Origin: Amphiscolops sp. MND2022
Taxonomy: Eukaryota
DNA length: 64,000 nt
Reading direction: 5' to 3'
NCBI GenBank assembly: GCA_964187785.1
Contig: OZ076409.1
Location: forward strand, 51,772,001 to 51,836,000
Shown: positions 11,657-24,869 of the stretch, piece by piece
Layout: each line of letters opens with the position of its first letter
Position numbering within the stretch: position 1 is the stretch's first letter
Notes under the pieces: generated by a model
What the model was told of the DNA's origin: nothing
What the model saw: the letters and a program-made list of their open reading frames with translations, nothing else
Database searches by the model: none
Made by a program: the position numbers and the translations under genes

Positions 11657-13349
11657 CTGCCACAAGATCATTGTTTCCGTTACGTTCCTAGGCAAATTGA
11701 TGCAAGAAAAGCTGTTAGATACTAAAAAAAAACAAATTTTTTTAAAACAAAAAATTTTGGCAAGATGATCAGGACATTTTTCAACAACAAACTTGATATG
11801 AGTTGTCGCTATGCAAAGCCGAAGCTTTATTTTCTATGAAATTCGATGAATTTTGCCTCGTTTTGTTATAATTTCGTATCTTCATTTGAAAATAATATCC
11901 TGAGAGGATAAACGGTATTTTGAATCATTTGGAGCATCTAATGTCACCCAAAAAGTCCTTATTTTGTGTTCACGGGAAAACTTGAAGGTTCTGACAAGCA
12001 ATCGACACTGACAATTCTTTAACCAGCTGTTCTTAGTATTGCCCACTTTTTGTTCCCCAAAAATGAACGAGTTTTTCCCCGGTCTTTGTTTTTTTAAGTT
12101 TCATTCGTTACCTCATGTTATTTATTGGATGTAGATCGACGTAGCGTCGCTTTTCCAGTTTAAAAACAATGTCGTAATTTTAATTTTTAAGAAACATGCG
12201 GGGAGATGGTTTTTTGTTACGCATTTTTAATGACATATTTCTCGATTTCAGGCAAAAGATCCATGTCTTCGTGCATGTGGAAATCTTCTTGCAACAGCGC
12301 CCAGCAATAATTTCCCACTTTTCATGGAGCCATCGTCGACGAGAGAACTGTTCTGAAGACAACTCATTGAATAATCCCTTGCGCATCATAATGATTTGTC
12401 AGAACACTTTTGCAATCTATGAAAAACCTATTCAGTTTAACCAGTATTTAAAAAATCTCAGATGGAATTACAAATTGTCTTTTTGTATCTTTTCGGTGCA
12501 ATAAATATCTTTGAGAAATATAATATTTGATCCCATAAAAAGGAAAGGAAATCAAATTATATTTTAGATTTTGTTGCGCATCTCTCATAAATATACTCCA
12601 ACTGGCTTCAAGCAAATTCTCAAAAAATTCGGAGATCAAAAAGTTCCAAAGGAGCGCCCTGTAGTTTCGAAAAACTCTTTTCTCTGACTGAAATTATTCA
12701 AATATACCAATTTGGTGAAAAATAAACTTTTTTCGAAAATATTTTCCCAACAAAATCGCAGTTGATTTTCCCAGTTCTAGCCGTGTTGATTTTCCCCATT
12801 AGAGGTCTTAGATATGAAATGGTCCTAGATGCATTTTAGACTTGCTTCACGACGATATGACTTACGAAGTTGAACAAATTAAACAGAAACGTGGGCCATT
12901 CAGTATGAGATCTGACAAAAATTTGCCTTTGGAAGAGTCGGGTACTTTTTTTACAAAATCGCCGACTAAAAACAGGCAGACAGATGGGGTAATGAGACTT
13001 CAAAGATTCCAGTTCCAGTTTTCACTTCAAAAAAACGAATCCGCAACATCCAACAAAACCCATGGATGTTTCCCAAGCACCTTCTTTCTTGATATTTGTA
13101 GCAATTTTGATGATATGATTTCCTAATGGAGCACTCGTTCTACTCCAGTTCAAAGGTAAACATGCCGAATTGCCATTACTAATTTATTCCAGTATCATTC
13201 TGATTACTACGTTTTGAATTTGGTGCATCTAATCTACCGCTTTGGAGTGGACGTTTTTCGGGTCTACTTGAAGAGTTGAGCGCTGTAAAGTATCTTTCAA
13301 AGTTTGCTTAAGCGGTGGTTCTGCGAGTGCAACATTCGATATCATTTGG

Positions 13350-13486
13350 TGTTAGAAAAGATGTCTATCAAGGCGGGATATCTTCAATCTTTTCTTATGA
13401 GTATTATGTAATCCAGTGAATCATACATTCAAAAGACAATGTGTTTCAGTTAGTTCAATTAGTAGTTTGATGAGTCATTTATGACA
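13350..13486 (-). repeat. 3' LTR of BEL/Pao element
   Basis: Direct repeat of 20542-20678, adjacent to the polypurine tract. Confidence 0.95.
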
Positions 13487-13599
13487 GGCTCCACCCCCCC
13501 CCCCCCCCCCAAGCTCCAAGAAAGAGAGAGGGGCAAGGCGACTATGTGGTGAAGAAAAATGATTGAGCGAGCGAACCGTTACTGGGCGAAAACCAAGGA

Positions 13600-16500
13600 A
13601 AGCGAGACGGCCGGGCGTTCGAAAGTTCCGTTTGCTGTTTTAGCAGTGCACACACGGGTAACTCCTTCTTTCCGAGGGCGGGTGGCTGTTATTTTTCCCA
13701 GTGGCCAAATGCCTCGAGGAGTGAAGTCTTGCAGCAATTAAACAATATCGTTGACTTTGAGAGAGGGCGTTGCTTTGTTCCATTTCTGTCGTCGTACTCC
13801 TTCAAGAATCGTTTCCAAAGTGGTTGGAAACTTTTTGGACTTCTTTCCAGGAATTGAAAGACAGCTGTTTATCTGTTTCTTTAAAACAAATGGGTGGTAC
13901 GTTTGCGAATGGGCGGTGTAGAAGGAAGTGGTTTGGTGTTAGAGGTTCTCCGTTTCCTGGCTGCTCGTTGACATGGGTGAGTGGTCGCGAGTTCAACATC
14001 AGCTCGGTTTCGGCTAAAATTGTCGTGAAAAATTCGAGCGTCAGTTTTTGTGATCCAAGGATAATCAGAAGTGTTCGTTTTGCGGTCTGGATCGTCCTTT
14101 CCCAGGGACCACCAAAATGAGGCGCAGAAGGAGGATTAAAATACCAACGGATTTCTTCAGCGTGAAGAATTGTCTTCTGAACAGCGGCGATCCGATCGTT
14201 CAGACAAAATTGCAGTTCACGTCGCGTTTCGACAAAGTTCTTCAGCACGGAAACGGCGGTAGATAAAACAGCGATAATCGATTGAGCGCAACGCAGCTCG
14301 GATGTCGAAAATTTTGAATAGTTGTTGCACAAAAGCTTTAACAAATTCGGGTCCTGCATGACAGCAGATCTCATGAGCGTGCCCCAGGTAGAGTTTTGTT
14401 ATGGGCTCCTTCGAGTCGAGCAGTAAAGGAAAACGAATTGCTTGAACGAGCGGTGCGTATACAAGGCGGCCATGAGAGCGGCGCAGGAGTGAATTTTGAT
14501 CAATTAACGGTAGGAAAGGTATGAGTTTGTCGCGGGAGGTCGGATTCAGGTTTCGACGCAGTTGATGAAAAGTAGAGGCGAACGACAGGAACTGCGATTG
14601 TTTGATAAGCGCATGATTGGCTTTGCGAAACTCTTCAGAGACCAGTGTTGACGGTGAAGTCGGTAAACGAAGGCGACGGACGAAACGGAATACGTTCGCG
14701 GCGACTTTTAGTGGGTTGCTCCAGGTGGAGAAACAACGGCGGCTGTACAGGTTGTTTGCGGTCGTTTGGGCCAATTTTTGGCCAATTCGTTGAAGAAGGA
14801 TGGACCATTGATCCATTTGGTATTGCCAGTCGAGCGGGTCAGAATGTAGAGTAATTTCATTGACTCTGTGGGCTACAAAACACTTGAGTTTGTTCTGTCG
14901 CTGTATCCAGTCCAAAACGACACAACTGTCGGTCCAGAACTTCACAACTCGGAAGGTGCAAGAGAAGGCGTTACGGACTTTTCGGAGCAGACGGACTCCA
15001 AGAACGGCGGCTTCGAGTTCCAGTTTTGTAATGCTTTTTTGTTTAATCGGCAAGACACGGCTCTTTCCTATGACGAAAATTTGTTGAGCTGAGGTTTGCG
15101 AAAAAGCTGGTTGACGAGAATAAATGACAGCGGCGAAAGCGGAATTGGATGCATCTGTGAAGAGGTGGAGTTCTACGGTTGTAGCTGATCGGAAAGCACG
15201 GCGAGGTACGGAGACGGTCGGCATTGCGTGGTAAGAATCAGTGAGTTTATTCACGGAGGTTTGGATGTGATTGGGAATGGCATGGTTCCACGTTTCACCG
15301 AGTTTCCAGAGAGATTGAATGATTATCTTGAATTGGATCACTAACGGAGATAGTAAACCGATCGGTTCGAATATTGATGAAACCAGGCTGAAAAGTTTAC
15401 TGAGCGTGGTCGGATTGTCGACGGTCTTAGGTGGCGGTGCGGTATAGGAGTCAGTGCGAAAACACCACGTTTGACTCAAAACCTTGGTTTCGGATGCAGA
15501 TTTATCACGGTCTTCGGCGGGAATGGCGGAGAGGGCGTCACTGTTGTTGGCGATGAACTTTGTAAGACAAAAACCTCCACGCTGGAGGACGGTACGTAGA
15601 TTTTTTGTCAATTGACGGGCGGCGGCTGGTGTTGAAAAATATTGGATGAAATCATATCTGGCACCAAAGATGAGGCGGATGTACTGGTATTGGAGTACAT
15701 AGTTATCGGACATTCAAAGGAAGCGGAGGACTGATTGATCTTCAGGGTGGATTGCGATTTGCATGAACATTCCTTCAATGTCAGCTAGAACACCAACGGC
15801 GTGTTCACGGAAACGGAGGATGAGTTCAAGTAGGTTTGCGAGAAGATCAGGTCCTGCGAGAAGGTTGGAGTTCAAAGATTAATTTTTGTACTTCGAGGCA
15901 GCATTTGCTACGCGGCAGACTTTGCCGGGTTTGTTAGGGTTTTCTACGGAATGAGTCGGTAAGTACAAAATTTTTTCAGGCGGTGGATTCTGCTTTACAA
16001 CGGGCTTGACTACTGATTCTCAAGATCTGTGGTTAGCGTTTCGTCGAGTTTTTTCTTCAGTTGGGGATTGCGAGTTAAACGTTTTCGAGGGAACGGACAC
16101 GGTTGAGGGCGGCGTAGTATTTGTTCGGTAGGTGAACGTCAGTTTTCCACGGAAGGCTAATTTCATATTGTTCGCCGTTGTGACGACACGTTTTTTCAAG
16201 TATTTGGAGAGCTTCGTTGTCGACATCGTAAAGAACGAAGGATTCGGCCGGTTCACTGGTTGTTTTTTCGATTGACCAATATTGTTCAATCATGTCAGGT
16301 GGAAACTGATCGGCAGCGTTTCGGTGGATTTCGGTTGCGGCGAAAATGACGAAGTTTTTTGGAAGGGACAATTTAGTTCGTTTACGATGCATGAACTCGC
16401 CGGCGATGGTCCAGCCGAGTTCAGTGCGGAGACCGGCAGGTCGGTTGGGGGATCCTCAGATCCATTCTAAAGCGTGTGTAAACTGTACGCACGATGTTCC

Positions 16501-19124
16501 AAGAAGAGCACCGATGCGTTTTTTGTTTATGTCGTGGAATGGGAATGTGATGTGGCGGAGCATTGAGTTCGATTGGCAGATGCCATTCAAATCAGAGAAA
16601 TTTGCAGGGGGAACGATGAGGCAAGTGGTTGTATAGGCGTTTTTGATTTCGAGTAGTGTTTCATTGTCGGCGTTGGGGGCAATTTTGAATGCTGTGGGAC
16701 GGATGGAAAAGGAACGAGACAGGTTCATGAACTGATCATCTAAATCAAATTGGTGTCCAGTTTCTAAATCCAGAGAGTGGCTGATGCTATCGAGGACGTA
16801 TGTTGCTGTGCTTCCAGGGTCGATCAAGGCATAAGTGTCAGAAACTTTGTCTCCATTTAGCAGAGACACAGGAATGACTTGAATTAGGGCAGAAAGAGTT
16901 CTCGGAAACTGTTTATTTTCTGGGTCAACACTTGCAGCAGCATTGAACTGTGAGGGGTTGAACTGATGGAGGCGAGAGTTGTGAGAACTTTATTGTTGAA
17001 TTGCTTGGGCAGCTTTTGAAGCGTTTTGGCGGTTTTCAGGAGCTTGCGTGGATGCCGGACCAGGTTGTGGTTTGTCCGGACATGTCTTTTTTATGTTGGA
17101 GTGTCTGTTTTCGGAATCAGAGGCGTGGAGGGACGTGTGGTGCAGAGCACCGCTGTTGGATTTCAAACAGCGGTTGGACGAGGGGCAGTCTTTTTTTCAA
17201 ATGACTCTGACCAAGACAGTTGAAACAGCGATACAAACTTTGAACTTGCTCTTTCCGATTTTGGATAAAAGAATCGAGAAATTGCGGACAGGGAGTAATC
17301 GAATGATGTTGGTGACAGAGCGGACGTTCATTTTGGTTCTTTTGGATATTTTGCGAGGGAGACGAAGATCCCGGGAGCTGGACAGATGGTTTGTTTGGTC
17401 GAGGGAGGTTCGGTTCAACAGCTTCAAGAACTCGGGCTTGAATCTCCAGCCATTGCTGAAAATCAAGCAAAGTCGGTGAGAGGATGTTGTTCTTGACGGT
17501 GTGTTCTGTCCATTTGAGAAGGAGGTTATGAGGGAGTTTCGCTTCAGCAATGGTGAGTGCTGCTGACGATTGAAGATCCGCGGTGAATCGGAGGTTAAGG
17601 AATGTTTGGACGAGTTGTTTTAGGAATGTAAAGAAAGAAACAAGTGTATGGGGGTTCTGGGAAGAGATGAGGGCCCAGTTTTCAAGGCGTTGTATCTATG
17701 CAGTGACGATGTGTTGTCGAGATCCGAAGCGAGATTCTACTTTAGCCAAGGCAACAATATAACATACAGGATTACAAGAACAACCTCGAATAAGGTCTTT
17801 AGTTTTGCCACTGACTGTGTTCTGAAGATAGGTAATTCGATGTGTTTGGGATTTGGAAGTGTTTTCGTGGACGGAAGCTTTGAAGATATTAATCCAATCG
17901 TGGAAAGCGAGTGGATCACCATCGAATTTGGGTATTTGGATTGGCGGTAGTTTGATGCAGGTATTACTCACATATTGCGGAGGTGAATGGGAGCGCAAGT
18001 GTGATGTGAGCATTTCAGGCTGTGAAACTGGTTGAGCGGTAGTGTATATGTTTGAGTTCGATTGAACAGGAAAAGCAAGCGAAGAAGTAGCTGGCGTAAA
18101 TGGAGACGGAGCCGTTGGGCGGTTGGCATTAACGAAATGGAGAGAAGCTTGACCAATCTGTGTTGGATGGAAAACAGATCCCACTAGATTGTGTGGAGTG
18201 GCAAAATGTTGGACGAATGGCGCTGAAACGAAAGGTTGTGATGAGATCGGGTTTAATTGCTTGAGTGGGAAGCGTTGATTGGCATCTGGGCCTTGATGAA
18301 GAGAGTGGTCTGTGTTGTCGGCGTTGCTAGCACGGTATGATTGATGGCAAACACTGATGAATTTGACGGCGGGCATTGGTGATTGTTGTTAGTGTAGGCA
18401 ATGTGACATCTGTTGTAGTATGGGTCAACTGTTGTAGCGAGTTGTGGCGGTTGCGTTCGGTTCGCGGGAAGAATGGCTTAGTGTACTGTGGGCGGCAGTG
18501 TGGGTGTTCCTTGATATTCGTCGAAATTGGACTGCTCAGGTCGGCTTTGACGTATTTGTGAAGTATCAGTCACTTCCATGTTGAAAGTTTCAAAACGAGA
18601 TTCACCAGCACAAAAGTTACTACGGTCAGTAAATTGTGCTAAGTGACGAGAAACTTGTTCGGCAGTCATAACGAGAATGTTGGCATTCGGGTTGTCATGT
18701 GAAAAGGAAGAAGGATTCTGTTGATTTGGGTGGTCGATAGCTTGTGGTGGTCGTCGTGTCGTTTCTTCTTCAAAGTGGCGATGAGATCCTGGATATGAGT
18801 CTGCCAGATGGCTACTGAGAGAAACATTGTCTCTTTGTAGTTGTCGAGAGCTTTTTTGTCTGCGTAATGAAGGACAAGGATTGATGCGTCAGCTGATTTC
18901 TGCAAGTATGGCTCTAAGTCATCAAGAGACATATGAGCTGACAGCTGCTCAGCAAGGTTTTCAAGTTTTGAAGCAACTGTTTTGAGTGCTGCAAGAATCT
19001 CATTCAGCTGAGTTGGAGTACTATTGAGATCCAGTTGAGATGCTAGATAGTTGGATGAGTTCGTAAGCTTTATGTCGTGCAGCTTGAACAGATTTTGCAG
19101 GACCTGCTGTTTCTGGTTGGCCAT
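13600..19124 (-). pseudogene. BEL/Pao gag-pol polyprotein remnant with frameshifts, stops and internal deletions
   Basis: Gag KLPPIQIPKFDGDPLAFHDWINIF; zinc knuckles LCHQHHSITPCPQF and CFNCLGQSH; protease YALIDPGSTATY; RT remnant (DIEGMFMQI); Pao RNase H LHLFTDASNSAFAAVIY, ITKLELEAAVLG, FWTDS; integrase WYFNPPSAPHFGGPWER, NSRPLT, PLTPNHFL; C-terminal RGIWPLGKI...RVCTAKT. Confidence 0.93.
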
Positions 19125-19603
19125 CTTCGTTGTTCTGTGCTTAGTTGTAGATAGACAACAGCACACGGAACTTGCTTTATCCGTTCGTAGATGCGTGAAC
19201 GTCGAACACGCTATTGATTCTAAAATAAAATATCCCGGAGCGGTAGAGTATTGGGTACGAGGAACAGAGACGCAGCGTGCGAACCGTAAATCAAAGACCA
19301 AGACGCGAGCGAGACCCTGAAAAAGAATTGAAGATCTGGACGAATCAGGACGCACCTAGACCTGAAAGACCAGCTGTGTATGCTATGGTAGAGTTTTGGC
19401 GACGGACGGAAACTTTTTGGTTCCTACCGAATTTTTGAGAATTTGACTTTCTACGAGGTTGACTTTACACCCTAAGATAGTTCGAGTAAACTTTCGTGCC
19501 CAGGGAAAGTTTTAGTTTGTTGTTTTTAGAAATTTCTTTCTGAGACAACCATTTGAAGCTAAATCTCTTCTAATCAGAGAAGTGAGGGACCAAGGTGAAG
19601 AAA

Positions 19604-20031
19604 AACAAGACGAGAACGTCTAAAGTCGGCGCCATATCTAAGGCTCAGAAAGCGCAAAAAAATTTTGAGAAAAAATTTTCTTTCAAAAAAAGTCGCATAG
19701 TGCCGAAAAATGTGAAAGTGGGAACCCTTTGGGATGTATTAACAGACATTCAGTTGCAAATTATGAAAAAACTCGAAGGGGGACCCTTTTGGAACATTAA
19801 ATATTTTTTCGAAAAAAAGTCGCACAGTGCCGAAAAAAATCCAAAGGGGGACCTTTTGTAGGTTTCCTTGAAATAGTGAAAAAATGAAAAAACCCTTTGG
19901 ACCAAGTGTCCCTTGGCCGGACTGTGGACCGATCAGTGGACTGATCAGTGTGAGAATTGTAGTCTGAAGAAAACAAAACAGTCACTGCTATAGTCGGGCA
20001 TTTTTCCCTTAATGGAAAAGCGCCAACTAAA
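19604..20031 (-). mobile_element. HINE-like element inserted in the 5' leader of the BEL/Pao element
   Basis: aacaagacgagaacgtctaaagtcggcgccatatctaaggctc ... tagtcgggcatttttcccttaatggaaaagcgccaactaaaa; inserted in an A-run with no TSD. Confidence 0.8.
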
Positions 20032-20334
20032 AACACAAACGTTCTGTTTTTTTTTGTCGCGGAAAGCTGCGAAAAAAGATTTTAAAAAACCACCCAAGCA
20101 CTCTCTTTAGTGCATCAAGGGTTAGGGAGGAAAGAGTTTTTTGGGATGTGTGATTCGGCGTAGATCCCATCCATTAGTCAGTCAGCAGAAAGGGTCTTTA
20201 GTAGAACACTGTAGGCGTCAAAAACTCGGGGCGTCAAAATGTGGCATTAATTGTGTTCAGGGTTCTGTCAAAAACTCGGTAGGAAGCGTTCACAACCACT
20301 TGTCTTTGCAAAAAGCAGTCTTAAAAAATTTTCG

Positions 20335-20450
20335 TAGAAGGGTCCTTGAAAGAAAGGCTTCGTAGAAAGGGCCTCGAAAAAAAGGCTTCGGAGAAGGGGC
20401 CTCGAAAAAAAGGCTTCAGAGAAGGGGCCTTGAAGAAAAAAGGTTTCTCT
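20335..20450. repeat. Short ~27-bp tandem minisatellite in the BEL/Pao leader
   Basis: About 4 copies of agaaggggcctcgaaaaaaaggcttc. Confidence 0.8.
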
Positions 20451-20541
20451 GACAAGGAACGAACTAACAGGGATTTGCAGGATGAGAAGGATGCAGGGTC
20501 TAGTTCCAATTCATTAAAGTTCTTTTTCCAGGAGCGCCAAT

Positions 20542-20678
20542 TGTTAGAAAAGATGTCTATCAAGGCGGGATATCTTCAATCTTTTCTTATCAGTATTATG
20601 TAATCCAGTGAATCATACATTCAAAAGACAATGCGTTTCAGTTAGTTCAAATAGTAGTTTGTTGAGACATTTATGACA
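20542..20678 (-). repeat. 5' LTR of BEL/Pao element
   Basis: Direct repeat of 13350-13486, adjacent to the PBS. Confidence 0.95.
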
Positions 20679-23282
20679 TTTGGGCAACATTATGGCTCGT
20701 TTGACCTCCTCACATGGAAGGTATTCAATTTTCAACAACAAATTTAATAGTGCACTATTAAATTTTTTGTTGAAAATTGATTATCTTTTATGTTAGGACG
20801 TCAAACGAGCCATAATGTTGCCCAAATGATATCAAACGTTATGTTGCACTCGCAGAACCACCGCTTTGAAAGATATTTTACAGCGCTCAACTCTTCAAGT
20901 GGTCCCGAAAGGCGTCCACTCCAAAGCGGTAGATTAGATGCACCAAATTCAAAACGTAGTAATCAGAATGATAATGGAATAAATTAACAACGGTAATTCG
21001 GCATGTTTACCTCTGAACTGGAGTAAAACGAGTGCTCCATTAGGAAATCATCAAAATTGCTACAAATATCAAGAAACAAAGTGCTTGTGAAACAAAACCT
21101 TCTTGCTTTTCTTATAGGTTACAATTTAGCAATCGTTTTCGTTCAAGATGTTTTAATGGACACTGTGTAGGATATAGTTTGATCACCAGTGGCTTCTCAT
21201 CACTTTTTACTCGTGTCCAAATAAGTGATAGAAAAATAGTTTTGGTGGCTAAATAATGAAATTGAATTTGAGCTATCATTTAGTTTTATTAGACAACTTT
21301 ATGATTCAAGCGGCACGTTTTTAGAAGGAAAGATGGGGTTGGATCGCATGCAAGTATTAAACATTATCGTTATTAAATATATTATTAATCAATTCCGTTT
21401 CATATACTCTATGGCCTTTCCCTCTTCTTTACGACACATGCCAAGTTTCATTTGACACTTCGTGGATTTTTACGGCAATTGGTCATTTTCATTCTTGCCA
21501 TTTAGAGACAAATTAAGAAATTAGACAGAATTGAAGCTTCCAGGAAGCATCAGTTAGTTTTAAAGATACCTGAAAATCATTACTTGGAGAAATACCTGAA
21601 ATTCCACAAAACTTGTGTCAGAAAAGAGCCTTGGTTTTTCACCTGAAACCAAACCAGATGGGGCCTAGAGCTCCTCATAGGTACAATTAGTACACAAAAA
21701 CGCGTTCTACTAGTTCAAAATTCTGCTCTCCTGACATTAGACATTTTAGTTAAGATATAGTTAAAATAGATCAATTTCAGCTAACGGAAGTATTTTCATA
21801 TTTTTGATTTCATTCAAGTTTGAGAGTAGATTTTCTTTCTGAATCTCAGAATTCGTTCCAACTGGTTACACGCGGCTCTAGTCAACTTCAATCAGTTTCA
21901 TGACTTTAAAGAAGTAGCTCGTCGTTCTTCGATGGCGATTCCTCCCTTCAACATCAAAGTTTCTTCCTCTATCGTTTTCACTGCATTCATTCAGGGCAAA
22001 TGTCTACAGCTCTCTTGGTGATAATTCCCGGGCGGGTGGACCATAAATAGTGCAATATAAACTTTCGGTCGGAAAACAATCAAAGTAGTTTGTAGTCATG
22101 TGTTGGAATAAGTTGTGGTGAAGTTAAATTCATTGTCCAGAAAAAATGATCGTTCATTTATCGCCCATGTCTCCATATAGGAAAAAATGAACTGGGCCAA
22201 AAAACGTAAGCTTTCTAGCGAAACTTAATGAAATTTTCCAGCGAAAACAACAATTTTTTCCGTAAATTTCCAAAAAAGTACCGAAAAGTCAACTTTTACA
22301 ACAGTTTCAACTTTTATGCACAATTTAGAATAATAATATAATGATATTTTATTTAATCTGGAGTCAAATACATTTATAGTTAATAACTTTACAAAGTTAA
22401 CGCATTTCACAAAAAGACCTCTCATAAGCACCCAGGCCTTTCAAGGGGAGACCTTTGAGCTGAAAAGTTTTAAAGTTTTTTTTGTGTTGTGGGGAAGAAG
22501 TGGTTTATGCAAGAATGATGATGATTTAGAACATTAAGTCAACCAGTTGACTGTTACCGAAAATATACAAATCTGTAACTTTATGTTGGAAATTTCGTAA
22601 TTACTCATCATCTATCTCTTTTACTTCATGATCGCTGGGACTGTTTTGTAACAAATTTTGAAGATTTTGATCTAAATAACTCTCGATAGTGGTCAAAACT
22701 GAAATCTAGAGCAACTGAGAATATTTTAACCGAAAGAAATTCGTAGCTTGTTTGAAAAAAAGTTACTAACAAAGTTTCAAAAATCTACTTTGATTCAAAT
22801 TTTGTGCATTTTCTGGAAATTTTGGTGAGTATTAAAAGGAGCTCATACGTAGTATGAAAATCAGAATGATGGAGCTCAAGGAACCCAAAAAATTGTTTGA
22901 ATACATTTTAAAAAAACCAACTGGAAACGGTCCAAAAAGACAGGAGATATTTAATGAAACATCGAATTGTTTCATGCAACCTTGGTGCAATTCTCGAAAC
23001 TTTTGGAGTATGTATATTTACATACCCTAGAATTACAAAAATACAAACCTTGCAAAACAACTCTAAATAATTGGCCCTATTAAGGCCTGGCATAAGTGGC
23101 AATTAATTAGCCCCATTAACTTGCCAAGACACAAAATTGCGGAAAGTAAGATTTCAACTTCAAAGGAAGCTAAGGCAGTCGACATCAAAGGGGAATGAAG
23201 TCAGTGCACCCGTCTCATTTTCCGAGATTTCGTGTCTTGATTTCCGTAAAACGCTCAGAAAAAGCTTGCCTATGCACTGTAA

Positions 23283-24265
23283 TGAATGCATTATTCTTGC
23301 AAAACGTCTTGCAAGAATCTTGCAAGAAAGACCTTAAACTTGCAAAAGTTTGCGGGAAAAAGTCATTGTACAAGATTTAGCAGGGATTGGTACAATCCTG
23401 GAATGATGCCTGAGTGAAAGTTCACTTGACCTTCACGGTGTCAGATAAGCTTCCAGTTCACGGTTCCTTTCGAGACAGTTCAAATATTATGATGGTTCAA
23501 AATTTATTTTATGCCATACTAATACCATGAAATTAAACTAGGATTGCGATTTTACAACACTGAGATAAAAATTTATAATTCATGCAAATCAAAAATTCTA
23601 TGAAGGGACATCTCAAGGGGGCCTTGTTCGATTGTTCAGGAGAATAGCATCAAATCATTTCTGTCGCGTTTGTTGTTACAAAGAAATTAAGATTCAATTC
23701 TGCAATTAAAATCTCGGTTGCGGCTTCTTTGTTGTTTCCCTGAGCTCCAGTATTAGTTCTTCAAAATCTGAATAAAAAGAAACGTTTAGATTGATAAAAG
23801 CTACACTAAATACTCTCTAACCTAAATAAACAAGGACTACTTGGTTGGCTTCTTGATGCACTGTCTCAGGAAAGAATTCGGAATTCACCCTGACTTTTCA
23901 TTACTTTGCATACTTGATTTAATGACTGAAGTATGAGATACTCCCAACTCGTACTTCATGTGGTCAAGCATTTCCTCAGTCGAAAGGAATACAAAAATAT
24001 TTTCTTTAGCATTTTGCAGTTCCTGGATTCCAAACCAGCTCCTCACGGAACCAATTCATCTAAAAGGGAAAATATTAAGCTTGCAAGTTACTTGCAAGAA
24101 AAATAGATGTCTTGCAGGATTGTGTTTCGACATCTTGCAAGTTGTACATCATTTTGCAAGAATCTTGCAAGGTTTCTATTGTCTTGCAAGGAAACTTGCA
24201 ACAGATTTCTTCCTCGCAAGAAACTTGCAGGATTCTTGCAAGAGTTGCATTTTTTCAACTAAGTT
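23283..24265. mobile_element. Degenerate MITE/DNA transposon with tcttgcaag subterminal repeats
   Basis: Clusters of cttgcaagaatcttgcaag at ~23295-23345 and ~24080-24250 in inverted arrangement (aatgca...tcttgcaa / ttgcaagagttgcatt); ends imprecise. Confidence 0.45.
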
Positions 24266-24679
24266 AGTTCAATGAAAACTGAGTAAACTGCTCAGCACGC
24301 CTCTTCTAAGCAGTTTTCGCGAAAAAGAAACAGCTACTAAGCAAACATTGAGCAGAGAGTATACAAAAGACTCAAATGCCCCAGAAACACAAAATCTACC
24401 TGAAGCTTTTCTATTTTTCGGCAAATTGATGCCATTTCTGACGATTTCTGAAGGTTTTGCTTGATATGAAAATTCACAAAATCCAACGATCACCATCATC
24501 TTTTTCAATGGGAACTTGAAGATTTATTCATTTTTTTCACGAACTCGTATTGTTGAAAAACATCCACATATTCAACAATAAATGAATGGGCTACTCAGCA
24601 AGTTTTTATACTTTCCCAAAATTATAATCATTATTTTTAGAAAGAAAGAAAAAAAGTGAAAACTGTTAGAGTTTCGACC

Positions 24680-24869
24680 TTTCTCGAAATTCTCTTCTTT
24701 GTGAGGTTGAATTTCAACAACCGTTGTTGAAATTCAACCTCACAAAGAAGTGAATTTCGAGAAAATAATTTCGAGAAAATAATTTCGAGAAACTTTTAGA
24801 TGGAAAATTTGCCGTGACGTTCAAAAGCAAACCAATTTGCCACTTGGCAAATTTTCCATCTAAAAGTTT
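24680..24869. repeat. Two adjacent hairpins separated by a 14-bp tandem triplication
   Basis: 24680-24764 has ~41-bp arms around ccg; aatttcgagaaaat occurs three times; 24790-24813/24846-24869 is a perfect 24-bp inverted repeat aaacttttagatggaaaatttgcc with a ~32-nt loop. Confidence 0.9.

Larger units (their letters stand above)
13350..20678 (-). mobile_element. BEL/Pao LTR retrotransposon, full-length but decayed
   Basis: 137-bp TG...CA LTRs at 13350-13486 and 20542-20678 (5 differences); 5-bp TSD TTTGG; PBS TGGCGCTCC starting 20539 (-); G-rich PPT at 13487-13512 (-). Confidence 0.95.
13067..21094. repeat. Foldback/palindromic element (~345-bp arms), left arm interrupted by the BEL/Pao insertion
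   Basis: 13067-13349 plus 20684-20752 is the reverse complement of 20753-21094 (e.g. gatttcctaatggagcactcgtt vs aacgagtgctccattaggaaatc); centre aatttaatagtg|cactattaaatt at 20752/20753. Confidence 0.9.

Noticed and set aside
13559..19320. Numerous plus-strand ORFs within the BEL/Pao element
   Set aside because: Antisense shadows of the gag-pol reading frame.
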